Part shown: positions 1 to 9,620 of the stretch, piece after piece
How the letters are laid out: every line of letters begins with the position of its first letter
Position numbering within the stretch: position 1 is the first letter of the stretch
Assembly: GCA_016202545.1 (NCBI GenBank)
Contig: JACQON010000016.1
Coordinates: forward strand, 575-64,574
Direction: 5' to 3'
Length of the DNA: 64,000 bases
Source: Chloroflexota bacterium
Lineage (GTDB): Bacteria > Chloroflexota > Dehalococcoidia > Dehalococcoidales > JACQON01
Position numbers and translations under genes: made by a program
The notes under the pieces: generated by a model
Seen by the model: the letters and a program-made list of their open reading frames with translations, nothing else
What the model was told of the DNA's origin: nothing
Database searches by the model: none

Positions 1-630
1 CGCGAAGTTGGGCTTGTATATTTGGGCAGCTTATCTTGGGCAGGAACGCCACGTGTTCTCTACTCAACCAAAAGCGTGGAGAAGCTGGCTGACATCACTG
101 GCCTCAAAGTGCGCGTTCCTGGTGCTGTGCCTATAAAGGGGTGGCGCGCTTTGGGAGGGACTCCTGTGAATATTGCTCTTGGTGAGGTTGCGCCAGCGTT
201 AATGGGTGGAACCATTGACGGTGTCCTTACCAGCCTCGACTTCGGGATGACCCAAGGCTGGTACGGAATCGCCAAGAACATAACTGAATTTCCGTTCGCC
301 AGCCCATATCCATCTCCCTTGCTCGTAAATGCCAAGGCTTTTGACAACCTGCCCCCAGACCTGCAACAGGCTCTTCGGGATGTAGCCAAGGAGATGGAGG
401 ACATCGTAGCTATAGCTCAGAGCACCTACGCAGTTTCCCTCGTGAGTCAGATAGAAAGGGGCGGCCTAAAAGTGGCAATGTTGCAGGATCGCGCAAAGGC
501 GGTGGAGATTCTTAAGGAGATATGGGACACTGAGTGGCTGGCAAAAGCCGGAGATCGGGGTCAGCAACTGCTGGAAATAGCTGGGGACGCCATTACCAAA
601 TACCGTGCATTTGAGGCGTTTCCGAAGTAA
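1..630 (+). CDS. TRAP transporter solute-binding protein (DctP family), 3' part; 5' end lies outside the window
   Basis: Frame 1 is open from nt 1 into listed ORF 22..630. Small and large TRAP permease genes follow directly in the same direction. Confidence 0.7.
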   Translation, partial: REVGLVYLGSLSWAGTPRVLYSTKSVEKLADITGLKVRVPGAVPIKGWRALGGTPVNIALGEVAPALMGGTIDGVLTSLDFGMTQGWYGIAKNITEFPFASPYPSPLLVNAKAFDNLPPDLQQALRDVAKEMEDIVAIAQSTYAVSLVSQIERGGLKVAMLQDRAKAVEILKEIWDTEWLAKAGDRGQQLLEIAGDAITKYRAFEAFPK

Positions 631-705
631 AACATCAAGCCATGAGAAACAAAGGTGGCAGTCGCCACCATTATTTCTCAGATCATCCAGCACTAGGCGA
701 TTGAG

Positions 706-1224
706 ATGAGGCAAACCACCTACGCCACTATCGGCGCTGCAATCAGTAAAGCTAGTGGCCACATTTCGGCGTGGCTGATTTTTGCCATGATGTTCATGGT
801 TGTGACCGAGGTGGTGACAAGATATGTTCTCCGTTCCCCTTTGATGATTGCTGACGAATTAGGTGGCTATACGGTGGTTGCCGTGACGATTATTGGGCTA
901 GCGTACACCTGGAGGGAAAGAGGGCACATCCGCATCGAAGTGCTAACCAGCAGGCTTCCCATCAAAGCAAGAAACTGGCTCAGGTTGACGACGCTAATTC
1001 TAGCCACTGCCTACGTCCCGCTGCTAATCTATGCTAGCTATGACCTCTGGGCAGTTTCGCGTAGGCTTGGTTTAAAGAGCGATAGCATACTGCTTACCCC
1101 TCTCCAATGGCCACGGTTGATCCTGCTTGTCGGTAGCGTTCTGCTTTTTGTGGTGCTAGTTACTGAGCTTATCCAGGCTATAAAAACCCTTAGAACACCT
1201 GGGGGAAAACTCGATGGTGTCTGA
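706..1224 (+). CDS. TRAP transporter small permease (DctQ family)
   Basis: 172 aa, about four hydrophobic helices, size and position typical of DctQ. Overlaps the next gene by 11 nt. Confidence 0.7.
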   Translation: MRQTTYATIGAAISKASGHISAWLIFAMMFMVVTEVVTRYVLRSPLMIADELGGYTVVAVTIIGLAYTWRERGHIRIEVLTSRLPIKARNWLRLTTLILATAYVPLLIYASYDLWAVSRRLGLKSDSILLTPLQWPRLILLVGSVLLFVVLVTELIQAIKTLRTPGGKLDGV

Positions 1225-2512
1225 TATAACCGCCGCTATCATTTTGGTCGCCGGCCTATTCATCCTGCTGGCTGCTGGATTGGAAATCGCCTGGTCTGTG
1301 GGAATAATCGCCACCGTTGGTCTGGTGCTTTTCGTCAATCAACCACTCAGTCAAATCGCCTCAACTGCATGGTCATCGTTGGACAGCTTTGTGTTGACTG
1401 CGGCTCCGCTTTTCATCTTCATGGGTGCAGTACTGGCTGATATTGGCGTTGCAGATCACCTTTTCTCTGGCCTTCAGAAATGGCTGGGGCGTTTGCCCGG
1501 TGGTCTGGCCAACACTGTCTTCGCTGGCAATGCTGTGTTTGCTGCCATGTCTGGCTCGAGTCTGGCAGCGACAGCTATATTTGCCAAGACCGCCGTTCCG
1601 GCGATGGAGAAGTTGGGTTACCAGCCAGGCCTGGCGCTGGGGTCGGTGGCCATAGGAGCTACTCTGGCACCGATAATCCCACCCAGTATTCTCCTGATTA
1701 TTTATGGATCCTGGCAACACCTTTCCATAGTGCGGCTCTTCGCTGCTGCATTGATACCAGGCTTATTATTAACAGGCTTGTTCATCGCTAGTATTCTGAT
1801 CAGGGCAAAACTTGACCCAACTCTAGCTCCACCCTCACCTAGCGCAAGCTGGAGCGAGAAGATAGCAGCGCTAAAGGAGATTTCCCCGTTTATGCTCCTC
1901 ATTCTCAGCGTGCTGGGCGTGATTTTCGGTGGAATTATGACCCCCACCGAAGCAGCAGCCCTGGGAGCGCTCCTAAGCCTTCTTCTCAGTATAGCCTACC
2001 GGCGTTTCAGCCTGAGTATGCTTACCAAGAGCCTTTTGGACGCGGTAAAGGTAACCAGCTTCGCCCTCTTTATTGTGGCGGCGGCATCGCTATTGTCCCA
2101 TGTCTTCAATATTTTAGGGCTCTTCCCCAGAATAACAGAGCTTGTACTGGGCCTGGGCATCGGGAAATACGGCATACTGGTGTTGTTGCTTTTGCTGTAC
2201 CTCGTTATGGGATGTTTCTTTGATGCCTGGTCAATGCTGTTCATCACCTTTCCTTTCGTTATGCCAATCGTTATCGCTGCTGGTTTCAATCCGATATGGT
2301 GGGGGGTAATGTACTTGATGGCCAGCGAGCAAAGCCTGGTTACTCCACCTTTTGGCATGGGCCTCTTTGTACTTCACAGCGTGGTACCCCATCATTCAAT
2401 AGAGACAATCGTCCGCGGTGCCCTTCCCTTTTTCATTCCCATATATATCAACGTTTTGCTGCTGACGGCTTTTCCCCAGATTGCCTTATGGTTGCCCAGC
2501 TTGTTGCTGTGA
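1214..2512 (+). CDS. TRAP transporter large permease (DctM family)
   Basis: 432-aa polytopic membrane protein with DctM-like sequence (GSSLAATAIF..., PPSILLIIYG). It is a paralog of ORF 9621..10928. Confidence 0.85.
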   Translation: MVSDITAAIILVAGLFILLAAGLEIAWSVGIIATVGLVLFVNQPLSQIASTAWSSLDSFVLTAAPLFIFMGAVLADIGVADHLFSGLQKWLGRLPGGLANTVFAGNAVFAAMSGSSLAATAIFAKTAVPAMEKLGYQPGLALGSVAIGATLAPIIPPSILLIIYGSWQHLSIVRLFAAALIPGLLLTGLFIASILIRAKLDPTLAPPSPSASWSEKIAALKEISPFMLLILSVLGVIFGGIMTPTEAAALGALLSLLLSIAYRRFSLSMLTKSLLDAVKVTSFALFIVAAASLLSHVFNILGLFPRITELVLGLGIGKYGILVLLLLLYLVMGCFFDAWSMLFITFPFVMPIVIAAGFNPIWWGVMYLMASEQSLVTPPFGMGLFVLHSVVPHHSIETIVRGALPFFIPIYINVLLLTAFPQIALWLPSLLL

Positions 2513-2561
2513 CCTCTATGAGGAGGAAACCACGTTTAGCTGACAAACGTAGGAGGCAAGA

Positions 2562-3971
2562 ATGATATACCGGGATCTAAGAGAATGGATAGACCATCTT
2601 GAGAAAGCGGGCGAACTGCTCAGGTTAAAGGAAGAGATTAAGCTAGAACCAGATGCCGGGGCCATTGCCAGAGCGCTCTCTGACGTTCAAGGGCCAGCCA
2701 TCCTGTCAGAAAGCATCTTCGGTTTTCAGGATGCCAGACTGGCTATCGGACTTGGCGCCTCTTGGCGAAGGGCAGCCATGGCCTTGGGATTGCCTAAGGA
2801 AGCCAGCCCTGAGGAGCAGGTGAAGGCGTGGGGAAAAGCTCTGGAAAGATACCCTGTCAAGACACAGATGGTCGCCAAAAAGGATGCAATCTGCAAACAG
2901 AACATCTTACGCGGCGAGGAGGTGAACCTCTTCGACTTTCCTATACCCAGAGCGCATCTCCAGGATGCCGGTCCTTTCATTACAAAGACAGAGTGCATCA
3001 CCAAAGACTCCGACTCTGACTGGATAAATGTAGGCACCTACCGAATGCAAGTGCTTGACCGCAACAGAACCGCCATCCATTTTTCTGGCCAGCGTCATAT
3101 AGCTGAGCACTATATTAGGGCTCGGCGCAACGGGGAGCCGCTGGAGATGGCAGTGGCCATCGGAACCGACCCGGCAGCCTTTTTGGCAGCAGCAGTCGCA
3201 ATACCGCGGGGATGGGATGAATTTGGTTTTGCTGGAGCTTTAAGGAACGAGGCCATAGAAATTGTTCCGGCGGAGACTGTCGACCTGCCGGTGCCTGCGA
3301 CGGCGGAGATAGTCCTTGAAGGAGAGATAACTCTCAAAGCTGATCTATTAGAAGGACCCTTTTCGGAGTTTCCCGGTAGCTACAGTGGCTGTTTCATCAC
3401 GCCTGTTTTCCAGATAAAAGCGATTACTCACCGTGATCACCCCATTTATGATATGTTGCTCTGTGGTAGACCACCGGTCGAGGGTTATTACACGACTTGT
3501 ATCCCCGGCGTTTCCGCTCTGCAACGTGAGCTAAGCCATGCTTGCCCCAACATCACCCAGATTGCCTACTTGCTGCCGTATTACTTTAATTGTGTGATAC
3601 AGGGCAGGTGGACTTACCGCGGAGAATCTCGCAACGCGATACTGGCTACCTTAGCTTCAGAATCCAATATTGCCTCAAAAGTCGTGATAGCTGTCGATGA
3701 AGACATTGACCCCTGGAATACCAATGAAGTGATGTGGGCCATAGCCACTAGATGCCAAACGAATACTGACCTCATTATCCTTCCTGGTTTATCCAATTTC
3801 ATGGATCCGTCGGCAGAAGTGGATGGGTCTATGTGTAAACTGGGTATAGACGCAACTAAGCCAATACCCTCCAGCCCACGCCATTCAGTGGCGGGATGGG
3901 TTATGCCCAGGGAAGGCACCGAAGCCTGGAAGGAGAGGATTCTAAGAGCGATGAAAGGGGGAGAGCTATGA
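2562..3971 (+). CDS. UbiD-family (prFMN-dependent) decarboxylase/carboxylase subunit, paralog 1
   Basis: 469 aa. N-terminal MIYRDLREWIDHLEKAGELLRLKEEI, VGTYRMQVLD and EGPFSEFPGSYS are UbiD-family hallmarks. GGAGG lies upstream of the ATG. Confidence 0.85.
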   Translation: MIYRDLREWIDHLEKAGELLRLKEEIKLEPDAGAIARALSDVQGPAILSESIFGFQDARLAIGLGASWRRAAMALGLPKEASPEEQVKAWGKALERYPVKTQMVAKKDAICKQNILRGEEVNLFDFPIPRAHLQDAGPFITKTECITKDSDSDWINVGTYRMQVLDRNRTAIHFSGQRHIAEHYIRARRNGEPLEMAVAIGTDPAAFLAAAVAIPRGWDEFGFAGALRNEAIEIVPAETVDLPVPATAEIVLEGEITLKADLLEGPFSEFPGSYSGCFITPVFQIKAITHRDHPIYDMLLCGRPPVEGYYTTCIPGVSALQRELSHACPNITQIAYLLPYYFNCVIQGRWTYRGESRNAILATLASESNIASKVVIAVDEDIDPWNTNEVMWAIATRCQTNTDLIILPGLSNFMDPSAEVDGSMCKLGIDATKPIPSSPRHSVAGWVMPREGTEAWKERILRAMKGGEL

Positions 3972-4165
3972 CCACAGGAAGTGCTTGCCCGCGCTGTGAC
4001 TCCGCTCAGGTGGTAAAAGTCGCTGACTCTCCAGTTAAGGGTAAATGGGAAGTCTACCGCTGTCAAGGGTGCTACTACGTGTGGCGCTCCACTGAAGACC
4101 TCAGCAATATTGATAAGAGGATAGCCTACTGGCGCGAAACAGCGGGAAGAGAGTGGGCGAACTGA
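3968..4165 (+). CDS. Small zinc-ribbon subunit resembling the D subunit (BsdD/VdcD/EcdD) of hydroxyarylic-acid decarboxylases
   Basis: 65 aa starting at the ATG that overlaps the upstream stop (ATGA, 3968..3971). The CPRCDS...SPVKGKWEVYRCQGCYYVWR pattern matches my recollection of the BsdD/VdcD family. The listed ORF 3896..4165 is an upstream extension of the same frame. Confidence 0.7.
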   Translation: MTTGSACPRCDSAQVVKVADSPVKGKWEVYRCQGCYYVWRSTEDLSNIDKRIAYWRETAGREWAN

Positions 4166-4312
4166 CCTAGAAAGCATCCGTGACATGGAAAGGTTGACCA
4201 GGTGAGCGAGACTCAATAGACCTACCGGATCAGGGATATCGCAAAATAGTTAGACCGTAGACATGCCGATGTTCTTAAGCCAAGTCGCAGAATAGATACG
4301 GTGGAGGCTAAA

Positions 4313-5743
4313 ATGAAAGACAACCTGAGGGATTGGTTGAAGAAAGCAGAAGCAATTGGCAAGCTGAAAAGGGTCGAGGGGGCAGACTGGGATTTGGAAA
4401 TTGGCACGGCGACAACCCTGAACTTGAAAAGAAAGGATTGCCCGGCTCTTTTATTTGACAATATTAAGGACTACCCCAAGGGCTATAGAGTCCTGACCTG
4501 TTCCACTTCAACGGCGAGCCTTTGGGCACTTACTTTCAATCTTCCCATGACTGATTCAGACTTGGAACTCCTGGGTATCTTACGAGAAAAACTTCCTCAG
4601 TGGGAGTCTAATGTGGATAGGTTTCCTCCTGAATTGGTTAGCACTGGGTCGGTGCTGGAGAACGTACTCTCAGGAGATGATGTTGACCTCTTCAGATTTC
4701 CAGCACCGAAGTGGCATTCGCTGGATGGGGGTCGCGAGATTGGCACGGGTGATGCCGTCATAACTAAAGACCCTGAGACCGGAGAGGTGAATCTAGGCGC
4801 CTATAGGATTCAGATACTTGACAAAAAGACTACGGGTTTGTACATGGTGCAAGGTAGCGCCCATGGCGATGTTCATCGTGCCAAATATCACGCAAGAGGA
4901 GAGCCGTGCCCGATAGCAGTATCAGTAGGGCATCACCCGCTGATATTTCGGACGGCTGCTGCTGAACTCCCCCGTGGTGCTGAGTATGGGTTTGCTGGAG
5001 CCGTTAGGGGTGAACCGGTCAAGGTCATAAACGAAGAGATAACCGGGCTACCTATCCCGGCTGATAGTGAGATAGTGCTGGTGGGCTGGTGTCACCCCAA
5101 CAAGTATAGTAGTGAAGGCCCATACGGGGAATGGACCGGTTACTACGGCCGGGAGGCACCTGCGCCTACCATAGAAATCGAGCGTATCTATCACCGAAAT
5201 GAACCTATTATAGTTGGCTCCTCTGACAGCCGCCCTCCAAGCGATGCTTCTTATGGTCAAATATTGCTTAGGAGTACTCTAATACACAATATGTTGATTA
5301 AAAGTGGAATTCCGGATGTAAAAGCAGTCTGGTTAAGTAGAGAGGTTAACGGGCCTCCGCTGATAATTGTCTCCATAAAGCAACGGTATGCAGGCCATGC
5401 CAAGGAGGCGGCTCTTCTTGCTTCCCAATTTCGGATAGCTGCCAATAAGGCGAAATATGTGGTTGTAGTGGACGAGGACATTGACCCCACAAATACAGCG
5501 GAGGTTCTCTGGGCTATGGGCACCAGAGTGGATCCAGTAGAGGATATAGACATAATTCGCAGGGCTCCAGGTACTGGTTTAGACCCGAGAATTCCGAGAG
5601 GGGCCAAGGCCTTTTTTAACTCGAAGGCAATTATTGATGCCTGCAAGCCTTTTGAGTGGATAGACGAGTTCCCGAAAGCGATTGACCTTGAACCAGACGT
5701 TGTCGAAAGAGTCAGGGCAAAATGGAAGGATTTAGAAGGATGA
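4313..5743 (+). CDS. UbiD-family decarboxylase/carboxylase subunit, paralog 2
   Basis: ATG at 4313 sits 5 nt after GGAGG (4303..4307); the listed ORF starts at GTG 4301. Motifs MKDNLRDWLKKAE, LGAYRIQILD and the canonical EGPYGEWTGYYG are present. Confidence 0.85.
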   Translation: MKDNLRDWLKKAEAIGKLKRVEGADWDLEIGTATTLNLKRKDCPALLFDNIKDYPKGYRVLTCSTSTASLWALTFNLPMTDSDLELLGILREKLPQWESNVDRFPPELVSTGSVLENVLSGDDVDLFRFPAPKWHSLDGGREIGTGDAVITKDPETGEVNLGAYRIQILDKKTTGLYMVQGSAHGDVHRAKYHARGEPCPIAVSVGHHPLIFRTAAAELPRGAEYGFAGAVRGEPVKVINEEITGLPIPADSEIVLVGWCHPNKYSSEGPYGEWTGYYGREAPAPTIEIERIYHRNEPIIVGSSDSRPPSDASYGQILLRSTLIHNMLIKSGIPDVKAVWLSREVNGPPLIIVSIKQRYAGHAKEAALLASQFRIAANKAKYVVVVDEDIDPTNTAEVLWAMGTRVDPVEDIDIIRRAPGTGLDPRIPRGAKAFFNSKAIIDACKPFEWIDEFPKAIDLEPDVVERVRAKWKDLEG

Positions 5744-5775
5744 TTCTCTTGTGGAAACGATAATAGAGGAGTAAA

Positions 5776-7479
5776 GTGGCTATTTTAGAAGAAGCAAAAA
5801 CCGAAACTGTAAATAGTGACGTGTTGGTTCTTGGTGCAGGAATCGCTGGCTGCTTCGCTGCTATAAAGGCTCGTGAGTTCGGCTTAGATGTGGTTCTAGT
5901 TGATAAGGGAAATGTTGGCAGAAGCGGCCTGAGCCCCATGATGTCCGGTGTGTTAAGCCATTTTGACCCGCAAGAGGATAACTATGACGAGTGGTTGAAG
6001 GAGTGTGTTGAGGTAAGCGAATGGATAGCCGACCAGAAGATTCTTGATGGTATGGTTAATCGAACTACTGAGTGTATAAGGGACATGCAGAGTTGGGGGG
6101 TTAAGTTTCAGAAGCAAGGAGGCAAGTTGATACGGAAGCCCATGAGCGGAGATGTACATGCAAGACACGTACTAATGACTCGCGGAGGCCTCCAGCTTAT
6201 GTCGGTGGTCAGAGGTGAAGTCCTGCGGCGTGGTATGCGTGTTATTGAAAGGGTTATGGCTACCGACCTCCTTACTTCAGACGGTGAGATCCCCACCAAT
6301 GGCAAAATCGTCGGTGCTGTTGGTTTCAATGTCAGGACTGGCAAGTTTTACATCATGAGGGCGAAGGCCACAATAATTGCTACCGGCATGACAGGAGTAG
6401 TTCTTCTAAGGTCTCCCGCAGATATCCTAAGTGGCGATGGCAAGGCTATGGCTTTCCACGCTGGGTGTGAAATGCGAAACATGGATTTGAGTCAATATAG
6501 TCCTCATCCGCTAGGCCTCAATTGCGCTCCAGGTCTAAACATTTTGGCTGGTGAAGGCGCCATTCTAGTTAATGCTAAGGGCGACAGGTTTATGGAGGAA
6601 TGGGATCCCATACTACTGGAAAGAGCGAGCCGGGTAGTAGTTTGTAAGGCGATAGCCACCGAAGAATTGAGAGGGCGAAGTCCAGTCTATTTTGATGCGG
6701 CTCATCTTGATGAGGCGGCACATGTCAGGATCGAAAAGTGCATCCCCCTTGTCGTAAAGTCCCTGGAGTTGGCAGGGCTCAGCTTAAGGAAAGATAGAAT
6801 TCCCTATACCATTGATCTGAGCAATACCGGCGGCGGAGGCATCAGGACAAATAGGGAGAAGGCAACAACCATCCCTTCATTATATGCTTGTGGTGACGCA
6901 TCAGACCATGGGGAGATGGGTGTGACTGCGTTAATCAGTCCCGGCATAGCGTCAGCGATTGACGGGTATCGTGCGGCTGAAGCCGTGGCCGGGTATATTA
7001 CAGAAGTTAAACCGCCAAGCGTAAATGAACGCCAAATACAGGCCTTGAAAGAACGTATGTTTGCCCCTATGAAATTTGAGGCGGGCTTAAACCCCCAAGA
7101 GGTAAGGCAACATTGCAGGAGTATACTAGCAAGAGGGTTGCTTGGCCCTTTCAAGAATTCGAGGAGATTAAAGGAAGCCATAGACGTAGCGGAGGAAATA
7201 AGAGAAAATGTGATCCCTAAGCTGGCAGCTAGAGATTACCATGAGTTAGCTTCAAGCATAGGGCTGGGCAATGCACTCAACTTTATCGAGCTTTACTCCA
7301 GGTGTTCATTGCTACGAGCGGAGAGTCGCGGCTCTCACTGGCGTGAGGATTATCCAGAAAGAGATGACGCCCACTGGCTGAAGTGGGTGGTGGCCAAAAG
7401 AGAAGACGATGGCATAAAGGTGTGGGCTGAACCCATTCCTTATGAGGAATACCCACTCAAGCCAAAGCTTGCAAAGTAG
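5776..7479 (+). CDS. FAD-dependent oxidoreductase of the SdhA/FrdA/AprA flavoprotein family
   Basis: 567 aa. Has the VLVLGAGIAGC dinucleotide fold, YACGDASD, and RAESRGSHWREDYP (compare ESRGAH-RED-P of fumarate-reductase-type flavoproteins). GTG start follows GAGGAG. Confidence 0.75.
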   Translation: MAILEEAKTETVNSDVLVLGAGIAGCFAAIKAREFGLDVVLVDKGNVGRSGLSPMMSGVLSHFDPQEDNYDEWLKECVEVSEWIADQKILDGMVNRTTECIRDMQSWGVKFQKQGGKLIRKPMSGDVHARHVLMTRGGLQLMSVVRGEVLRRGMRVIERVMATDLLTSDGEIPTNGKIVGAVGFNVRTGKFYIMRAKATIIATGMTGVVLLRSPADILSGDGKAMAFHAGCEMRNMDLSQYSPHPLGLNCAPGLNILAGEGAILVNAKGDRFMEEWDPILLERASRVVVCKAIATEELRGRSPVYFDAAHLDEAAHVRIEKCIPLVVKSLELAGLSLRKDRIPYTIDLSNTGGGGIRTNREKATTIPSLYACGDASDHGEMGVTALISPGIASAIDGYRAAEAVAGYITEVKPPSVNERQIQALKERMFAPMKFEAGLNPQEVRQHCRSILARGLLGPFKNSRRLKEAIDVAEEIRENVIPKLAARDYHELASSIGLGNALNFIELYSRCSLLRAESRGSHWREDYPERDDAHWLKWVVAKREDDGIKVWAEPIPYEEYPLKPKLAK

Positions 7480-7553
7480 GTGAGCACTTCAATACAATCA
7501 TAATCGTTGACAAAGCGCACGGTCGTAAATACAACTGAAGGGGAAATTGCATA

Positions 7554-7769
7554 GTGAAAGAAAAGAGGAGGCTGAGCATAGCTGCCATAGACCCCTATCG
7601 GTGTATAGGTTGCAGTGTTTGTGTGCGCTCATGCATGAATGATGTAATCAAGATGAAAAGAGGCAAGGCCGTTATAGCCTACCAACAGGACTGTTGCGCG
7701 TGTTTTATTTGTGACATTGATTGCCCGAGCGAAGCCATCTGCTTTGGGTGGACAGGGGGTGAGAAATGA
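7554..7769 (+). CDS. 2x[4Fe-4S] ferredoxin
   Basis: 71 aa with CIGCSVCVRSC and CCACFICDIDCP cluster motifs. Confidence 0.75.
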   Translation: MKEKRRLSIAAIDPYRCIGCSVCVRSCMNDVIKMKRGKAVIAYQQDCCACFICDIDCPSEAICFGWTGGEK

Positions 7770-7818
7770 GGTAGTTCGTTAGAAGTAAGCAGAGCCAATA
7801 TTCATCGGGAGGTTACAA

Positions 7819-8979
7819 ATGAAAAGAAAAAACCCAGTCACGTCGCCTATTAGTATTTTCGTAGTCTTGGTAATAGCAGCACTGGCGCTGTTGACAGCTT
7901 GTGCGCCTGCGCCAACACCAGCCCCAGTGCCGACGCCAACTCCACAGTCAACTACCCTCCTTTGGGCTAGTGGTGGCACTCCGACAGCTTTTAGATATAA
8001 TGACACCATCAAACTATGGATGGATAGCGTTACGCGCCTGACCAACGGAAATGTCAAGTTTAAGGATGCCCAAGCCGGTACTGTGCTGAAGGACCCAGAG
8101 ATGCTTGAGGGCATCTCTAGTAAAGTGGCCGATATGGGCTTTATCGGGGCGGCCTGGTTCCCGAAGCAAATGCCAGAGTTTAATCTTGCCGGTCTCGGCA
8201 CTGCGTTTGAAGAAGCCAAAAAGACCCCGTATGAGATTCTTATGATTACACGAATCTTGCTACATGAGTTTCCCTCTTTTCAAGAGCATTTTGAAAAAGC
8301 CGGAGTGATGCAGCTCTTTATTACTGCTACGGAGCCGCAGGTCCTAATTTCTGCCAAGCCCGTGAGTAGTCTCAACGACCTTAAAGGGATGAGGTTACGA
8401 ATTAGCGCCAAGTATTACGGGAAGCTTTTCCCTTTTCTCGGAGCAGAAGGCATACAGGTGGGAATGGGTGAAGTCTATTCTGGCATCCAGAAAGGCATCA
8501 TCGATGGCACCTTAACTAATGCAAGTAGCGCACGAGACTTTAAGTATTATGAAGTAGCTAAACACATCACGCTTTTCTATGGTGGTAGAGGGATGATGTT
8601 TGCCATAGCTCCCTTTGGGCACTATATGAACCTGCAGCTCTGGAACAGCCTTCCTCCAGATGTCAGGCTTATCATGTTGGAGATAGGGAAATGGGTGGAG
8701 ATAAGATTTGGCATGGCGCATGAGTTCTTATTTGCGGAGGCGGTAGCCGACATGGTAGCACAGGGAGTGACGAAGCATCAGCTTCCTGACGAAGACAGTA
8801 TTACTTGGTCGAAATTAGCCGAGCCGTTCTTTGACGAAGTGGCCAATGAAATGAATGCCGAAGGTGTCCAAGGGGCAAAGCTCGTTGCCAGGTATAAAGA
8901 GCTAAGAAATATGTCTAGATTGCAGTTGGAAGAGCTATTTAACAAAGCCTGGGAAGCCAGGTTCGCCGCCCTGAAGTGA
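7819..8979 (+). CDS. TRAP transporter solute-binding lipoprotein (DctP family)
   Basis: 386 aa with signal peptide plus lipobox LLTAC, then the Pro/Thr linker APAPTPAPVPTPTP. Followed by DctQ- and DctM-like genes. Confidence 0.7.
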   Translation: MKRKNPVTSPISIFVVLVIAALALLTACAPAPTPAPVPTPTPQSTTLLWASGGTPTAFRYNDTIKLWMDSVTRLTNGNVKFKDAQAGTVLKDPEMLEGISSKVADMGFIGAAWFPKQMPEFNLAGLGTAFEEAKKTPYEILMITRILLHEFPSFQEHFEKAGVMQLFITATEPQVLISAKPVSSLNDLKGMRLRISAKYYGKLFPFLGAEGIQVGMGEVYSGIQKGIIDGTLTNASSARDFKYYEVAKHITLFYGGRGMMFAIAPFGHYMNLQLWNSLPPDVRLIMLEIGKWVEIRFGMAHEFLFAEAVADMVAQGVTKHQLPDEDSITWSKLAEPFFDEVANEMNAEGVQGAKLVARYKELRNMSRLQLEELFNKAWEARFAALK

Positions 8980-9042
8980 GCGCAAGACAAGTCGTTGCCT
9001 GCTCCACGTGTGATAGTTGTTGATTAACGAGGATGGAACACG

Positions 9043-9591
9043 ATGCCAAACTGGCTATCCAAGCCATGCGGGATCAATGTTGCTCGGCTGCCGAATACAA
9101 TTGTTAAGGGCGCCTATTGTGTGGCAATCTCAGCACTTGCTGCCATGATGCTAATAGTAGGTGCTGAGGTTGTCACTCGCTACATATTTGATCGGTCGGT
9201 GCCGGGACATGCCGAGGTTGTCCGTCTACTGATGGTTTTTAGTGTCTTTCTGGCCTTGGCTTATGCACAAAAATGCGGATTACATACGCGCTCGACTTTT
9301 TTGGTAGACCGCCTGTCGGGCCGAGTACGTACAGGCTTTACAATCCTTAATCTGGCTATCGGCATGGTATTCGTTGGTATGATCACCTACCAGGCATTTC
9401 CAGCAGCCTGGAAATCATTCCAGCAGGGAGAGACTGGATACGGTCTACTCGATTTACCTTACTGGCCGGCAAAATTGGCGCTGGCCATAGGAGCCGCATT
9501 ATTCTGTGTTCAATACATAACTGACATAGCGTCCACTGTTTCCAACTCCCTACGCCGAAGACCGAGCGAAAGCGTTGAACAGATGGATTAG
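9043..9591 (+). CDS. TRAP transporter small permease (DctQ family)
   Basis: 182 aa, four hydrophobic segments, VVTRYIFDR motif as in ORF 706..1224. Lies between the binding-protein and DctM-like genes. Confidence 0.7.
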   Translation: MPNWLSKPCGINVARLPNTIVKGAYCVAISALAAMMLIVGAEVVTRYIFDRSVPGHAEVVRLLMVFSVFLALAYAQKCGLHTRSTFLVDRLSGRVRTGFTILNLAIGMVFVGMITYQAFPAAWKSFQQGETGYGLLDLPYWPAKLALAIGAALFCVQYITDIASTVSNSLRRRPSESVEQMD

Positions 9592-9620
9592 TCTCATTCC
9601 ACAGTGAGGCGTTTGAGGCC

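Noticed and set aside
3896-3967. Upstream extension of the small Zn-ribbon ORF into the end of UbiD paralog 1
   Set aside because: The ATG at 3968 forms an ATGA overlap with the UbiD stop and yields a 65-aa product of the size expected for BsdD/VdcD-type subunits. The extension has no support.
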